Below, piece by piece: positions 61,914-64,000 of a DNA stretch of 64,000 nucleotides; the stretch's first letter is position 1; every line of letters starts with the position of its first letter. The notes under the pieces are model-generated. The model saw only the letters and a list, made by a program, of their open reading frames with translations, did no database searches and was not told where the DNA came from. The stretch comes from Anolis carolinensis (Eukaryota): assembly GCF_035594765.1 (NCBI RefSeq), contig NC_085841.1, forward strand, positions 176,561,574-176,625,573, written 5' to 3'. The position numbers and the translations under genes are program-made.

Positions 61914-63152
61914 AACTATAGAATTACTGCATATACATGTGTGTATATATAAACCTCATGTATAAATCAAGGGCAGGTTTGAGAGCCAAAAATATGGATT
62001 TAGATATGACCTGTTGATAAGTCAAAGGTCATTTCACAGAGAGGGGAAAGTAACAATGTTGCCTCAGGGGACTGCTCCTGGCCGTCACCACCATTTCCCT
62101 GACCAGGCATTCAAAAAGGCCAGAAGCAGCAGCATGGCGGAGAGAGTAGAAGAGGCTGGTGCCTTTAAGGTTCTTCTAGGACAGATTGAGCTCTTGCCTT
62201 TTGTCACAGAAAGGGGTGGCTCCTTTTTGGGTAAGGTTCATCGCTTACACTAACCTATGACTAAGTTAACCTAGTTTTAGGGGGTTGATTACTTTACCAC
62301 AATTTTTAGACTTATACATGAATAGTGTAAAAGACTCCAGATATGGCTGCCTAGGAAACAATGCACCTGTCTGCCAACTGATGAAGCATAAAGTGCCACT
62401 ATTGTGAGACTATGGAATCTAATCTATTCTGGAGCAAATGCTCAAATGATACATTCATGTTTTCAAACCCTATGTTGATAACATATTTTGCCCCAATACT
62501 ACAGCCTTCATGTTGCATAGCCTTGCAGCTCTTATTCTATCATTTCTTATTTGGCAAATGTTTATCTTCCCCATCTTCTTTTTATTTCTCTCTCAAGGGT
62601 GAGACTCATAAAACCTCCAGATACTGATGGTAATGGTGAGGAATACTGGGAGCTGCGATCCAACAACATCAGGAGAGTCAAAGGATATCCACACCTGCTG
62701 TGGCTATCAGAACTAGCAAACTTATTCACAAAAAATGTTGAGGTTAGTGCATATGCTGACTGCAAGATTATTCCATTCTCTGGTATATGTGAACATCTGT
62801 TTTTAAAACTAAAACTGCACAACATACTTATAGTTTAGCAAGCTGCTAAACTGAATGAACCAGGCTGATGTGCTGTATTCTTTGTTACAGCAATGAAAAG
62901 GAGAAGCAAAATTTAAGTAGCTGCACACAACACATTCTCAAAAATGTTCCTTGGTATGTGGCTTATATGACTGCAGCATATACCACTATGAAATAACATT
63001 GTTAGGAATGAAGGATCCAACAGTGAACTTCCACAGCCAAAACATTAGAGCCCAGCTGAATACGGAGGGAGGGAGGATCTCCCACCTTGAGTACTGCTCC
63101 CATGAGCTCCTCAAAACTCATACAAAGAGACTCCAGGTTTCATGAGCAATTC

Positions 63153-63449
63153 CAGGTTGAACATCCCTTATCTGAAATTTTGAAATCCAAAAATGTGCAC
63201 ATTGGTAACACAGTGACATATTTGCTTTCTAGTGGTTGAATGTAGACCAATTTTACTTCATGCGCAAAATGATTAAAAATACTGTATAAAATTACTTTCA
63301 GGCTATGTGCATATGGAGTATGTGAAACGTAAGTGAATTTCATGTCCCATTTTCAACTATATCATTATGTACATAAATGCAAATAGTGGTATTCCAAAAT
63401 CCCAAACATTTCGTATTCCAATCATTTCGGCTAAGGGATACTCAACCTG
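63153..63449. mobile_element. Tigger-like non-autonomous element
   Basis: TIRs caggttgaacatccctta / taagggatactcaacctg. Confidence 0.75.
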
Positions 63450-63729
63450 AATATTGCATCTCAATAGTTTTATAGACAAACAGGAAGTATTAGCTATTCA
63501 GAATATTGAGTAGAAGACGTAAGGTGTACTGGAGATCTGGCATGTTTAGGTTAGTTTAATGAAGACCATACTCCTATGTGACTGTACACCATATAACAGA
63601 TTACGCACATCCCTGTTAACTTTTGATAGTATATTCTTGATGTATTTACAGCATTCAAAGCTAAGAGTAAGACATTGAAATAAACATCAATCCCAATTCT
63701 CTTGCTGCTCAAAACCTCATAAAGAATTA

Positions 63730-64000
63730 CAGTAGAGTCTCACTTATCCAACACAAGCTTATCCAACATTCTGGATTATCCAACACATTTTTGTAGTCAA
63801 TGTTTTCAATATATCATGATATTTTGGTGCTAAATTCATAAATACAGTAATTACTACATAGCATTACAGCATATTGAACTACCTTTTCTGCCAAATTTGT
63901 TGTCTAACATGATGTTTTGGTGCTTCATTTGTAAAATCATAACTTAATTTGATGTTTAATAGGCTTTTCTTTAATGCCTCCTTATTATCCAACATATTCA
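63730..64000 (-). mobile_element. Tc1/Mariner MITE (truncated by window end)
   Basis: TA plus cagtagagtctcacttatcc; same orientation as the 37746 copy. Confidence 0.85.

Noticed and set aside
59900-64000. Preceding AGAP1 exon (GGRFKKEIVVDGQS...-type)
   Set aside because: Not found on the minus strand by eye; probably lies beyond the window.

Overview
Vertebrate (squamate, most likely Anolis-type lizard, judged from Sauria SINEs and the repeat mix) genomic DNA lying entirely inside the AGAP1 gene, which runs on the minus strand. Five coding exons are recognisable (59693-59834, 54761-54895, 15060-15187, 12794-12949, 6034-6126), all with GT-AG boundaries and compatible phases. The introns hold a dense, nested transposon record: one apparently intact, very young Ty3/Gypsy chromovirus of the Tf1/sushi type (20614-27034, 973-bp LTRs, GGAGC TSD), four solo LTRs, and Penelope, DIRS, L2, CR1, Vingi, RTE-BovB, hAT-Charlie, Tc1/Mariner, Harbinger-like and Chapaev-like copies. 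Several candidate developmental enhancers are also present. The main finding is that the chromovirus Pol frame reads ~97 codons through the 3' LTR, adding a disordered tail ending in an HMGN-like RRSARIAAK motif after the chromodomain. Two other LTRs in the window keep an equivalent frame starting at LTR nucleotide 2 and ending in RRSxR-like sequence, which suggests a conserved LTR-encoded nucleosome-tethering module. The same element shows a tRNA-independent self-priming site, compensatory LTR hairpins and a non-canonical -1 frameshift signal. A separate LTR family carries a variable array of relic LTR-end/tRNA-Leu PBS units. All calls are by eye, without database searches; repeat boundaries lacking TSDs are approximate.
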